A stretch of DNA of 64,000 bases from Auanema rhodensis (Eukaryota > Animalia > Nematoda). Position 1 is the stretch's first letter; each line of letters opens with the position of its first letter. Shown piece by piece: positions 1-12,300 of the stretch. The notes under the pieces are model-generated. The model saw only the letters and a program-made list of their open reading frames with translations. It was not told the origin of the DNA and did no database searches. The translations under genes were made by a program, and so were the position numbers. The stretch lies in the NCBI GenBank assembly GCA_964057225.1, contig OZ059899.1, forward strand, positions 2,108,001 to 2,172,000. The letters are read 5' to 3'.

Positions 1-14
1 CCGAGATATCAACT

Positions 15-36
15 GATATAAGTTCACACTTATATC
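15..36. repeat. Perfect 9-bp inverted repeat with 4-nt loop (in nearly every monomer)
   Basis: GATATAAGT (15-23), TCAC, ACTTATATC (28-36). It overlaps a second dyad, ATATCA-AC-TGATAT (6-19), and is flanked by CGAG (2-5) / CTCG (37-40). Confidence 0.95.
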
Positions 37-110
37 CTCGATTTTCACCCTGAAGAATTAATTTTTTCGTTGAATAACATTGTCCATCGTCTTTGCCTTG
101 AAAAATGGAA

Positions 111-182
111 TTTAAAAACATCTACTTTTTGCTAAATTATTTTGAAATTTTTCGAAAAAATTTTTGTCAAAATGTTTTTGGA
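111..182. repeat. Nested imperfect palindrome centred on TTTTTCGAAAAA
   Basis: Perfect 12-bp palindrome at 148-159. ATTTTGA (139-145) pairs with TCAAAAT (167-173). Consensus TC(T/C)AAAAACAT (111-121; copy 1 has a private C112T) pairs with ATGTTTTTGGA (172-182). Confidence 0.9.
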
Positions 183-186
183 AGCA

Positions 187-214
187 ATGTTGAGTGTACA
201 TGGAAACTCAACAT
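187..214. repeat. Perfect 9-bp inverted repeat with 10-nt spacer
   Basis: ATGTTGAGT (187-195), GTACATGGAA, ACTCAACAT (206-214). Confidence 0.95.
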
Positions 215-297
215 ACACTAATGCATCATTTTTCAAACAATCATAACTAATTTGTGTATTAAGCGTTTCTCAATGTAGTATAGTGCATTCGATGCGG

Positions 298-348
298 ATT
301 TTTAAGCTGCGTCGATCTGTGTTATCAGATTTGCGCTAGCTTAAAAAT
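298..348. repeat. 51-nt imperfect stem-loop (about 22-bp stem, 6-nt loop)
   Basis: ATTTTTAAGCT (298-308) pairs perfectly with AGCTTAAAAAT (338-348). Then T337 bulge; GCG (309-311) / CGC (334-336); TCG/TTG with two G-T wobbles and one mismatch; ATCTG (315-319) / CAGAT (326-330); loop TGTTAT. Confidence 0.93.
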
Positions 349-3300
349 GCACCGAGATATCAACTGATATAAGTTCACACTTATATCCTCGATTTTCACC
401 CTGAAGAATTGATTTTTTCGTTGAATAACATTGTCTATCGTCTTTGCCTTAAAAAATGGAATCTAAAAACTTCTACTTTTTGCTAAATTATTTTGAAATT
501 TTTCGAAAAAATTTTTGTCAAAATGTTTTTGGAAGCAATGTTGAGTGTACATGGAAACTCAACATACACTAATGCATCATTTTTCAAACGATCATAACTA
601 ATTTTTGTATTAAGCTTTTCTCAATGTAGTATAGTGCATTCGATGCGGATTTTTAAGCTGCGTCGATCTGTGTTATCAGATTTGCGCTAGCTTAAAAATG
701 CACCGAGATATCAACTGATATAAGTTCACACTTATATCCTCGATTTTCACCCTGAAGAATTGATTTTTTCGTTGAATAACATTGTCTATCGTCTTTGCCT
801 TAAAAAATGGAATCTAAAAACTTCTACTTTTTGCTAAATTATTTTGAAATTTTTCGAAAAAATTTTTGTCAAAATGTTTTTGGAAGCAATGTTGAGTGTA
901 CATGGAAACTCAACATACACTAATGCATCATTTTTCAAACGATCATAACTAATTTTTGTATTAAGCTTTTCTCAATGTAGTATAGTGCATTCGATGCGGA
1001 TTTTTAAGCTGCGTCGATCTGTGTTATCAGATTTGCGCTAGCTTAAAAATGCACCGAGATATCAACTGATATAAGTTCACACTTATATCCTCGATTTTCA
1101 CCCTGAAGAATCAATTTTTTCGTTGAATAACATTGTCTATCGTCTTTGCCTTGAAAAATGGAATCTAAAAACATCTACTTTTTGCTAAATTATTTTGAAA
1201 TTTTTCGAAAAAATTTTTGTCAAAATGTTTTTGGAAGCAATGTTGAGTGTACATGAAAACTCAACATACACTAATGCATCATTTTTCAAACGATCATAAC
1301 TAATTTTTGTATTAAGCTTTTCTCAATGTAGTATAGTGCATTCGATGCGGATTTTTAAGCTGCGTCGATCTGTGTTATCAGATTTGCGCTAGCTTAAAAA
1401 TGCACCGAGATATCAACTGATATAAGTTCACACTTATATCCTCGATTTTCACCCTGAACAATTAATTTTTTCGTTGAATAACATTGTCCATCGTCTTTGC
1501 CTTGAAAAATGGAATCTAAAAACATCTACTTTTTGCTAAATTATTTTGAAATTTTTCGAAAAAATTTTTGTCAAAATGTTTTTGGAAGCAATGTTGAGTG
1601 TACATGGAAACTCAACATACACTAATGCATCATTTTTCAAACAATCATAACTAATTTGTGTATTAAGCGTTTCTCAATGTAGTATAGTGCATTCGATGCG
1701 GATTTTTAAGCTGCGTCGATCTGTGTTATCAGATTTGCGCTAGCTTAAAAATGCACCGAGATATCAACTGATATAAGTTCACACTTATATCCTCGATTTT
1801 CACCCTGAACAATTAATTTTTTCGTTGAATAACATTGTCCATCGTCTTTGCCTTGGAAAATGGAATCTAAAAACATCTACTTTTTGCTAAATTATTTTGA
1901 AATTTTTCGAAAAAATTTTTGTCAAAATGTTTTTGGAAGCAATGTTGAGTGTACATGGAAACTCAACATACACTAATGCATCATTTTTCAAACGATCATA
2001 ACTAATTTTTGTATCAAGCGTTTCTCGATGTAGTATAGTGCATTCGATGCGGATTTTTAAGCTGCGTCAATCTGTGTTATCAGATTTGCGCTAGCTTAAA
2101 AATGCACCGAGATATCAACTGATATAAGTTCACACTTATATCCTCGATTTTCACCCTGAAGAATTAATTTTTTCGTTGAATAACATTGTCCATCGTCTTT
2201 GCCTTGAAAAATGGAATCTAAAAACATCTACTTTTTGCTAAATTATTTTGAAATTTTTCGAAAAAATTTTTGTCAAAATGTTTTTGGAAGCAATGTTGAG
2301 TGTACATGGAAACTCAACATACACTAATGCATCATTTTTCAAACAATCATAACTAATTTGTGTATTAAGCGTTTCTCAATGTAGTATAGTGCATTCGATG
2401 CGGATTTTTAAGCTGCGTCGATCTGTGTTATCAGATTTGCGCTAGCTTAAAAATGCACCGAGATATCAACTGATATAAGTTCACACTTATATCCTCGATT
2501 TTCACCCTGAAGAATTGATTTTTTCGTTGAATAACATTGTCTATCGTCTTTGCCTTAAAAAATGGAATCTAAAAACTTCTACTTTTTGCTAAATTATTTT
2601 GAAATTTTTCGAAAAAATTTTTGTCAAAATGTTTTTGGAAGCAATGTTGAGTGTACATGGAAACTCAACATACACTAATGCATCATTTTTCAAACGATCA
2701 TAACTAATTTTTGTATTAAGCTTTTCTCAATGTAGTATAGTGCAATCGATGCGGATTTTTAAGCTGCGTCGATCTGTGTTATCAGATTTGCGCTAGCTTA
2801 AAAATGCACCGAGATATCAACTGATATAAGTTCACACTTATATCCTCGATTTTCACCCTGAAGAATCAATTTTTTCGTTGAATAACATTGTCCATCGTCT
2901 TTGCCTTGAAAAATGGAATCTAAAAACATCTACTTTTTGCTAAATTATTTTGAAATTTTTCGAAAAAATTTTTGTCAAAATGTTTTTGGAAGCAATGTTG
3001 AGTGTACATGGAAACTCAACATACACTAATGCATCATTTTTCAAACGATCATAACTAATTTTTGTATCAAGCGTTTCTCGATGTAGTATAGTGCATTCGA
3101 TGCGGATTTTTAAGCTGCGTCGATCTGTGTTATCAGATTTGCGCTAGCTTAAAAATGCACCGAGATATCAACTGATATAAGTTCACACTTATATCCTCGA
3201 TTTTCACCCTGAAGAATTAATTTTTTCGTTGAATAACATTGTCCATCGTCTTTGCCTTGAAAAATGGAATCTAAAAACATCTACTTTTTGCTAAATTATT

Positions 3301-6300
3301 TTGAAATTTTTCGAAAAAATTTTTGTCAAAATGTTTTTGGAAGCAATGTTGAGTGTACATGGAAACTCAACATACACTAATGCATCATTTTTCAAACAAT
3401 CATAACTAATTTGTGTATTAAGCGTTTCTCAATGTAGTATAGTGCATTCGATGCGGATTTTTAAGCTGCGTCGATCTGTGTTATCAGATTTGCGCTAGCT
3501 TAAAAATGCACCGAGATATCAACTGATATAAGTTCACACTTATATCCTCGATTTTCACCCTGAAGAATTGATTTTTTCGTTGAATAACATTGTCTATCGT
3601 CTTTGCCTTAAAAAATGGAATCTAAAAACTTCTACTTTTTGCTAAATTATTTTGAAATTTTTCGAAAAAATTTTTGTCAAAATGTTTTTGGAAGCAATGT
3701 TGAGTGTACATGGAAACTCAACATACACTAATGCATCATTTTTCAAACGATCATAACTAATTTTTGTATTAAGCTTTTCTCAATGTAGTATAGTGCAATC
3801 GATGCGGATTTTTAAGCTGCGTCGATCTGTGTTATCAGATTTGCGCTAGCTTAAAAATGCACCGAGATATCAACTGATATAAGTTCACACTTATATCCTC
3901 GATTTTCACCCTGAAGAATCAATTTTTTCGTTGAATAACATTGTCTATCGTCTTTGCCTTGAAAAATGGAATCTAAAAACATCTACTTTTTGCTAAATTA
4001 TTTTGAAATTTTTCGAAAAAATTTTTGTCAAAATGTTTTTGGAAGCAATGTTGAGTGTACATGGAAACTCAACATACACTAATGCATCATTTTTCAAACA
4101 ATCATAACTAATTTGTGTATTAAGCGTTTCTCAATGTAGTATAGTGCATTCGATGCGGATTTTTAAGCTGCGTCGATCTGTGTTATCAGATTTGCGCTAG
4201 CTTAAAAATGCACCGAGATATCAACTGATATAAGTTCACACTTATATCCTCGATTTTCACCCTGAAGAATTGATTTTTTCGTTGAATAACATTGTCTATC
4301 GTCTTTGCCTTAAAAAATGGAATCTAAAAACTTCTACTTTTTGCTAAATTATTTTGAAATGTTTCGAAAAAATTTTTGTCAAAATGTTTTTGGAAGCAAT
4401 GTTGAGTGTACATGGAAACTCAACATACACTAATGCATCATTTTTCAAACGATCATAACTAATTTTTGTATTAAGCTTTTCTCAATGTAGTATAGTGCAA
4501 TCGATGCGGATTTTTAAGCTGCGTCGATCTGTGTTATCAGATTTGCGCTAGCTTAAAAATGCACCGAGATATCAACTGATATAAGTTCACACTTATATCC
4601 TCGATTTTCACCCTGAAGAATCAATTTTTTCGTTGAATAACATTGTCTATCGTCTTTGCCTTGAAAAATGGAATCTAAAAACATCTACTTTTTGCTAAAT
4701 TATTTTGAAATTTTTCGAAAAAATTTTTGTCAAAATGTTTTTGGAAGCAATGTTGAGTGTACATGGAAACTCAACATACACTAATGCATCATTTTTCAAA
4801 CGATCATAACTAATTTTTGTATCAAGCTTTTCTCAATGTAGTATAGTGCATTCGATGCGGATTTTTAAGCTGCGTCGATCTGTGTTATCAGATTTGCGCT
4901 AGCTTAAAAATGCACCGAGATATCAACTGATATAAGTTCACACTTATATCCTCGATTTTCACCCTGAACAATTAATTTTTTCGTTGAATAACATTGTCCA
5001 TCGTCTTTGCCTTGAAAAATGGAATCTAAAAACATCTACTTTTTGCTAAATTATTTTGAAATTTTTCGAAAAAATTTTGTCAAAATGTTTTTGGAAGCAA
5101 TGTTGAGTGTACATGGAAACTCAACATACACTAATACATCATTTTTCAAACGATCATAACTAATTTTTGTATCAAGCTTTTCTCAATGTAGTATAGTGCA
5201 ATCGATGCGGATTTTTAAGCTGCGTCGATCTGTGTTATCAGATTTGCGCTAGCTTAAAAATGCACCGAGATATCAACTGATATAAGTTCACACTTATATC
5301 CTCGATTTTCACCCTGAAGAATCAATTTTTTCGTTGAATAACATTGTCTATCGTCTTTGCCTTGAAAAATGGAATCTAAAAACATCTACTTTTTGCTAAA
5401 TTATTTTGAAATTTTTCGAAAAAATTTTTGTCAAAATGTTTTTGGAAGCAATGTTGAGTGTACATGGAAACTCAACATACACTAATGCATCATTTTTCAA
5501 ACAATCATAACTAATTTGTGTATTAAGCGTTTCTCAATGTAGTATAGTGCATTCGATGCGGATTTTTAAGCTGCGTCGATCTGTGTTATCAGATTTGCGC
5601 TAGCTTAAAAATGCACCGAGATATCAACTGATATAAGTTCACACTTATATCCTCGATTTTCACCCTGAAGAATTGATTTTTTCGTTGAATAACATTGTCT
5701 ATCGTCTTTGCCTTAAAAAATGGAATCTAAAAACTTCTACTTTTTGCTAAATTATTTTGAAATTTTTCGAAAAAATTTTTGTCAAAATGTTTTTGGAAGC
5801 AATGTTGAGTGTACATGGAAACTCAACATACACTAATGCATCATTTTTCAAACGATCATAACTAATTTTTGTATTAAGCTTTTCTCAATGTAGTATAGTG
5901 CAATCGATGCGGATTTTTAAGCTGCGTCGATCTGTGTTATCAGATTTGCGCTAGCTTAAAAATGCACCGAGATATCAACTGATATAAGTTCACACTTATA
6001 TCCTCGATTTTCACCCTGAAGAATCAATTTTTTCGTTTAATAACATTGTCTATCGTCTTTGCCTTGAAAAATGGAATCTAAAAACATCTACTTTTTGCTA
6101 AATTATTTTGAAATTTTTCGAAAAAATTTTTGTCAAAATGTTTTTGGAAGCAATGTTGAGTGTACATGGAAACTCAACATACACTAATGCATCATTTTTC
6201 AAACGATCATAACTAATTTTTGTATCAAGCTTTTCTCAATGTAGTATAGTGCATTCGATGCGGATTTTTAAGCTGCGTCGATCTGTGTTATCAGATTTGC

Positions 6301-9300
6301 GCTAGCTTAAAAATGCACCGAGATATCAACTGATATAAGTTCACACTTATATCCTCGATTTTCACCCTGAACAATTAATTTTTTCGTTGAATAACATTGT
6401 CCATCGTCTTTGCCTTGAAAAATGGAATCTAAAAACATCTACTTTTTGCTAAATTATTTTGAAATTTTTCGAAAAAATTTTGTCAAAATGTTTTTGGAAG
6501 CAATGTTGAGTGTACATGGAAACTCAACATACACTAATACATCATTTTTCAAACGATCATAACTAATTTTTGTATCAAGCTTTTCTCAATGTAGTATAGT
6601 GCATTCGATGCGGATTTTTAAGCTGCGTCGATCTGTGTTATCAGATTTGCGCTAGCTTAAAAATGCACCGAGATATCAACTGATATAAGTTCACACTTAT
6701 ATCCTCGATTTTCACCCTGAAGAATTAATTTTTTCGTTGAATAACATTGTCTATCGTCTTTGCCTTGAAAAATGGAATCTAAAAACATCTACTTTTTGCT
6801 AAATTATTTTGAAATTTTTCGAAAAAATTTTTGTCAAAATGTTTTTGGAAGCAATGTTGAGTGTACATGGAAACTCAACATACACTAATGCATCATTTTT
6901 CAAACGATCATAACTAATTTTTGTATTAAGCTTTTCTCAATGTAGTGTAGTGCATTCGATGCGGATTTTTAAGCTGCGTCGATCTGTGTTATCAGATTTG
7001 CGCTAGCTTAAAAATGCACCGAGATATCAACTGATATAAGTTCACACTTATATCCTCGATTTTCACCCTGAAGAATCAATTTTTTCGTTGAATAACATTG
7101 TCTATCGTCTTTGCCTTGAAAAATGGAATCTAAAAACATCTACTTTTTGCTAAATTATTTTGAAATTTTTCGAAAAAATTTTTGTCAAAATGTTTTTGGA
7201 AGCAATGTTGAGTGTACATGGAAACTCAACATACACTAATGCATCATTTTTCAAACGATCATAACTAATTTTTGTATCAAGCTTTTCTCAATGTAGTATA
7301 GTGCATTCGATGCGGATTTTTAAGCTGCGTCGATCTGTGTTATCAGATTTGCGCTAGCTTAAAAATGCACCGAGATATCAACTGATATAAGTTCACACTT
7401 ATATCCTCGATTTTCACCCTGAACAATTAATTTTTTCGTTGAATAACATTGTCCATCGTCTTTGCCTTGAAAAATGGAATCTAAAAACATCTACTTTTTG
7501 CTAAATTATTTTGAAATTTTTCGAAAAAATTTTTGTCAAAATGTTTTTGGAAGCAATGTTGAGTGTACATGGAAACTCAACATACACTAATGCATCATTT
7601 TTCAAACGATCATAACTAATTTTTGTATCAAGCGTTTCTCGATGTAGTATAGTGCATTCGATGCGGATTTTTAAGCTGCGTCGATCTGTGTTATCAGATT
7701 TGCGCTAGCTTAAAAATGCACCGAGATATCAACTGATATAAGTTCACACTTATATCCTCGATTTTCACCCTGAAGAATTAATTTTTTCGTTGAATAACAT
7801 TGTCCATCGTCTTTGCCTTGAAAAATGGAATCTAAAAACATCTACTTTTTGCTAAATTATTTTGAAATTTTTCGAAAAAATTTTTGTCAAAATGTTTTTG
7901 GAAGCAATGTTGAGTGTACATGGAAACTCAACATACACTAATGCATCATTTTTCAAACAATCATAACTAATTTGTGTATTAAGCGTTTCTCAATGTAGTA
8001 TAGTGCATTCGATGCGGATTTTTAAGCTGCGTCGATCTGTGTTATCAGATTTGCGCTAGCTTAAAAATGCACCGAGATATCAACTGATATAAGTTCACAC
8101 TTATATCCTCGATTTTCACCCTGAAGAATTGATTTTTTCGTTGAATAACATTGTCTATCGTCTTTGCCTTAAAAAATGGAATCTAAAAACTTCTACTTTT
8201 TGCTAAATTATTTTGAAATTTTTCGAAAAAATTTTTGTCAAAATGTTTTTGGAAGCAATGTTGAGTGTACATGGAAACTCAACATACACTAATGCATCAT
8301 TTTTCAAACGATCATAACTAATTTTTGTATTAAGCTTTTCTCAATGTAGTATAGTGCATTCGATGCGGATTTTTAAGCTGCGTCGATCTGTGTTATCAGA
8401 TTTGCGCTAGCTTAAAAATGCACCGAGATATCAACTGATATAAGTTCACACTTATATCCTCGATTTTCACCCTGAAGAATCAATTTTTTCGTTGAATAAC
8501 ATTGTCTATCGTCTTTGCCTTGAAAAATGGAATCTAAAAACATCTACTTTTTGCTAAATTATTTTGAAATTTTTCGAAAAAATTTTTGTCAAAATGTTTT
8601 TGGAAGCAATGTTGAGTGTACATGGAAACTCAACATACACTAATGCATCATTTTTCAAACGATCATAACTAATTTTTGTATCAAGCTTTTTTCAATGTAG
8701 TATAGTGCATTCGATGCGGATTTTTAAGCTGCGTCGATCTGTGTTATCAGATTTGCGCTAGCTTAAAAATGCACCGAGATATCAACTGATATAAGTTCAC
8801 ACTTATATCCTCGATTTTCACCCTGAACAATTAATTTTTTCGTTGAATAACATTGTCCATCGTCTTTGCCTTGAAAAATGGAATCTAAAAACATCTACTT
8901 TTTGCTAAATTATTTTGAAATTTTTCGAAAAAATTTTTGTCAAAATGTTTTTGGAAGCAATGTTGAGTGTACATGGAAACTCAACATACACTAATGCATC
9001 ATTTTTCAAACGATCATAACTAATTTTTGTATCAAGCTTTTCTCAATGTAGTATAGTGCATTCGATGCGGATTTTTAAGCTGCGTCGATCTGTGTTATCA
9101 GATTTGCGCTAGCTTAAAAATGCACCGAGATATCAACTGATATAAGTTCACACTTATATCCTCGATTTTCACCCTGAACAATTAATTTTTTCGTTGAATA
9201 ACATTGTCCATCGTCTTTGCCTTGAAAAATGGAATCTAAAAACATCTACTTTTTGCTAAATTATTTTGAAATTTTTCGAAAAAATTTTTGTCAAAATGTT

Positions 9301-12300
9301 TTTGGAAGCAATGTTGAGTGTACATGGAAACTCAACATACACTAATGCATCATTTTTCAAACGATCATAACTAATTTTTGTATTAAGCTTTTCTCAATGT
9401 AGTATAGTGCATTCGATGCGGATTTTTAAGCTGCGTCGATCTGTGTTATCAGATTTGCGCTAGCTTAAAAATGCACCGAGATATCAACTGATATAAGTTC
9501 ACACTTATATCCTCGATTTTCACCCTGAAGAATTAATTTTTTCGTTGAATAACATTGTCCATCGTCTTTGCCTTGAAAAATGGAATCTAAAAACATCTAC
9601 TTTTTGCTAAATTATTTTGAAATTTTTCGAAAAAATTTTTGTCAAAATGTTTTTGGAAGCAATGTTGAGTGTACATGAAAACTCAACATACACTAATGCA
9701 TCATTTTTCAAACGATCATAACTAATTTTTGTATTAAGCTTTTCTCAATGTAGTATAGTGCATTCGATGCGGATTTTTAAGCTGCGTCGATCTGTGTTAT
9801 CAGATTTGCGCTAGCTTAAAAATGCACCGAGATATCAACTGATATAAGTTCACACTTATATCCTCGATTTTCACCCTGAACAATTAATTTTTTCGTTGAA
9901 TAACATTGTCCATCGTCTTTGCCTTGAAAAATGGAATCTAAAAACATCTACTTTTTGCTAAATTATTTTGAAATTTTTCGAAAAAATTTTTGTCAAAATG
10001 TTTTTGGAAGCAATGTTGAGTGTACATGGAAACTCAACATACACTAATGCATCATTTTTCAAACGATCATAACTAATTTTTGTATCAAGCGTTTCTCGAT
10101 GTAGTATAGTGCATTCGATGCGGATTTTTAAGCTGCGTCGATCTGTGTTATCAGATTTGCGCTAGCTTAAAAATGCACCAAGATATCAACTGATATAAGT
10201 TCACACTTATATCCTCGATTTTCACCCTGAAGAATTGATTTTTTCGTTGAATAACATTGTCTATCGTCTTTGCCTTAAAAAATGGAATCTAAAAACTTCT
10301 ACTTTTTGCTAAATTATTTTGAAATTTTTCGAAAAAATTTTTGTCAAAATGTTTTTGGAAGCAATGTTGAGTGTACATGGAAACTCAACATACACTAATG
10401 CATCATTTTTCAAACGATCATAACTAATTTTTGTATTAAGCTTTTCTCAATGTAGTATAGTGCATTCGATGCGGATTTTTAAGCTGCGTCGATCTGTGTT
10501 ATCAGATTTGCGCTAGCTTAAAAATGCACCGAGATATCAACTGATATAAGTTCACACTTATATCCTCGATTTTCACCCTGAAGAATCAATTTTTTCGTTG
10601 AATAACATTGTCTATCGTCTTTGCCTTGAAAAATGGAATCCAAAAACATCTACTTTTTGCTAAATTATTTTGAAATTTTTCGAAAAAATTTTTGTCAAAA
10701 TGTTTTTGGAAGCAATGTTGAGTGTACATGGAAACTCAACATACACTAATGCATCATTTTTCAAACGATCATAACTAATTTTTGTATCAAGCTTTTTTCA
10801 ATGTAGTATAGTGCATTCGATGCGGATTTTTAAGCTGCGTCGATCTGTGTTATCAGATTTGCGCTAGCTTAAAAATGCACCGAGATATCAACTGATATAA
10901 GTTCACACTTATATCCTCGATTTTCACCCTGAACAATTAATTTTTTCGTTGAATAACATTGTCCATCGTCTTTGCCTTGAAGAATGGAATCTAAAAACAT
11001 CTACTTTTTGCTAAATTATTTTGAAATTTTTCGAAAAAATTTTTGTCAAAATGTTTTTGGAAGCAATGTTGAGTGTACATGGAAACTCAACATACACTAA
11101 TGCATCATTTTTCAAACGATCATAACTAATTTTTGTATTAAGCTTTTCTCAATGTAGTATAGTGCATTCGATGCGGATTTTTAAGCTGCGTCGATCTGTG
11201 TTATCAGATTTGCGCTAGCTTAAAAATGCACCGAGATATCAACTGATATAAGTTCACACTTATATCCTCGATTTTCACCCTGAAGAATCAATTTTTTCGT
11301 TGAATAACATTGTCTATCGTCTTTGCCTTGAAAAATGGAATCTAAAAACATCTACTTTTTGCTAAATTATTTTGAAATTTTTCGAAAAAATTTTTGTCAA
11401 AATGTTTTTGGAAGCAATGTTGAGTGTACATGGAAACTCAACATACACTAATGCATCATTTTTCAAACGATCATAACTAATTTTTGTATCAAGCTTTTTT
11501 CAATGTAGTATAGTGCATTCGATGCGGATTTTTAAGCTGCGTCGATCTGTGTTATCAGATTTGCGCTAGCTTAAAAATGCACCGAGATATCAACTGATAT
11601 AAGTTCACACTTATATCCTCGATTTTCACCCTGAACAATTAATTTTTTCGTTGAATAACATTGTCTATCGTCTTTGCCTTGAAAAATGGAATCTAAAAAC
11701 ATCTACTTTTTGCTAAATTATTTTGAAATTTTTCGAAAAAATTTTTGTCAAAATGTTTTTGGAAGCAATGTTGAGTGTACATGGAAACTCAACATACACT
11801 AATGCATCATTTTTCAAACGATCATAACTAATTTTTGTATCAAGCTTTTCTCAATGTAGTATAGTGCATTCGATGCGGATTTTTAAGCTGCGTCGATCTG
11901 TGTTATCAGATTTGCGCTAGCTTAAAAATGCACCGAGATATCAACTGATATAAGTTCACACTTATATCCTCGATTTTCACCCTGAACAATTAATTTTTTC
12001 GTTGAATAACATTGTCCATCGTCTTTGCCTTGAAAAATGGAATCTAAAAACATCTACTTTTTGCTAAATTATTTTGAAATTTTTCGAAAAAATTTTTGTC
12101 AAAATGTTTTTGGAAGCAATGTTGAGTGTACATGGAAACTCAACATACACTAATGCATCATTTTTCAAACGATCATAACTAATTTTTGTATCAAGCGTTT
12201 CTCGATGTAGTATAGTGCATTCGATGCGGATTTTTAAGCTGCGTCGATCTGTGTTATCAGATTTGCGCTAGCTTAAAAATGCACCGAGATATCAACTGAT

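Larger units (their letters stand above)
98..236. repeat. Long-range 10-bp perfect inverted repeat enclosing two internal hairpins
   Basis: TTGAAAAATG (98-107) is the reverse complement of CATTTTTCAA (227-236). In the majority G239 allele it extends through ATCGT (86-90) / ACGAT (237-241) across a 7-nt bulge. Confidence 0.85.
1..351 (+). repeat. Representative 351-bp monomer (arbitrary phase)
   Basis: 56 C + 53 G in 351 bp (31% GC), with about 15 runs of A4-6/T4-6. Near-constant sites: EcoRV (5-10), BstBI (151-156), BsrGI (195-200), NsiI (221-226). Polymorphic sites: NheI (335-340) and HindIII (261-266). Confidence 0.98.

Noticed and set aside
65-81. CENP-B box-like motif TTTCGTTGAATAACATT
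   Set aside because: It matches 10/17 of YTTCGTTGGAARCGGGA but only 5 of the 9 essential bases. The CGGG part is absent, so it is not a canonical binding site.
50-103. Hammerhead ribozyme core (CTGAAGA ... GAAA), as in retrozyme-type or satellite ribozymes
   Set aside because: No stem II can form between CTGAAGA and any downstream GAAA that I checked. The conserved G (pos 55) is freely polymorphic (G/C/A), and there is no CTGANGA on the minus strand.
1-351. 5S rDNA, spliced-leader, snRNA or histone tandem unit, or a named satellite (e.g. Drosophila 359-bp, beetle 350-360-bp families, alpha satellite)
   Set aside because: I recognise no conserved RNA-gene sequence. The resemblance to named satellites is limited to length and AT content, so a BLAST/Rfam search is needed.
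337-387. tRNA/SINE-like A box (TAGCTTAA) and B box-like (GTTCACAC) pair
   Set aside because: The B box lacks GTTCRA, the loop sizes do not fit a cloverleaf, there is no acceptor stem, and the putative A box is often mutated.
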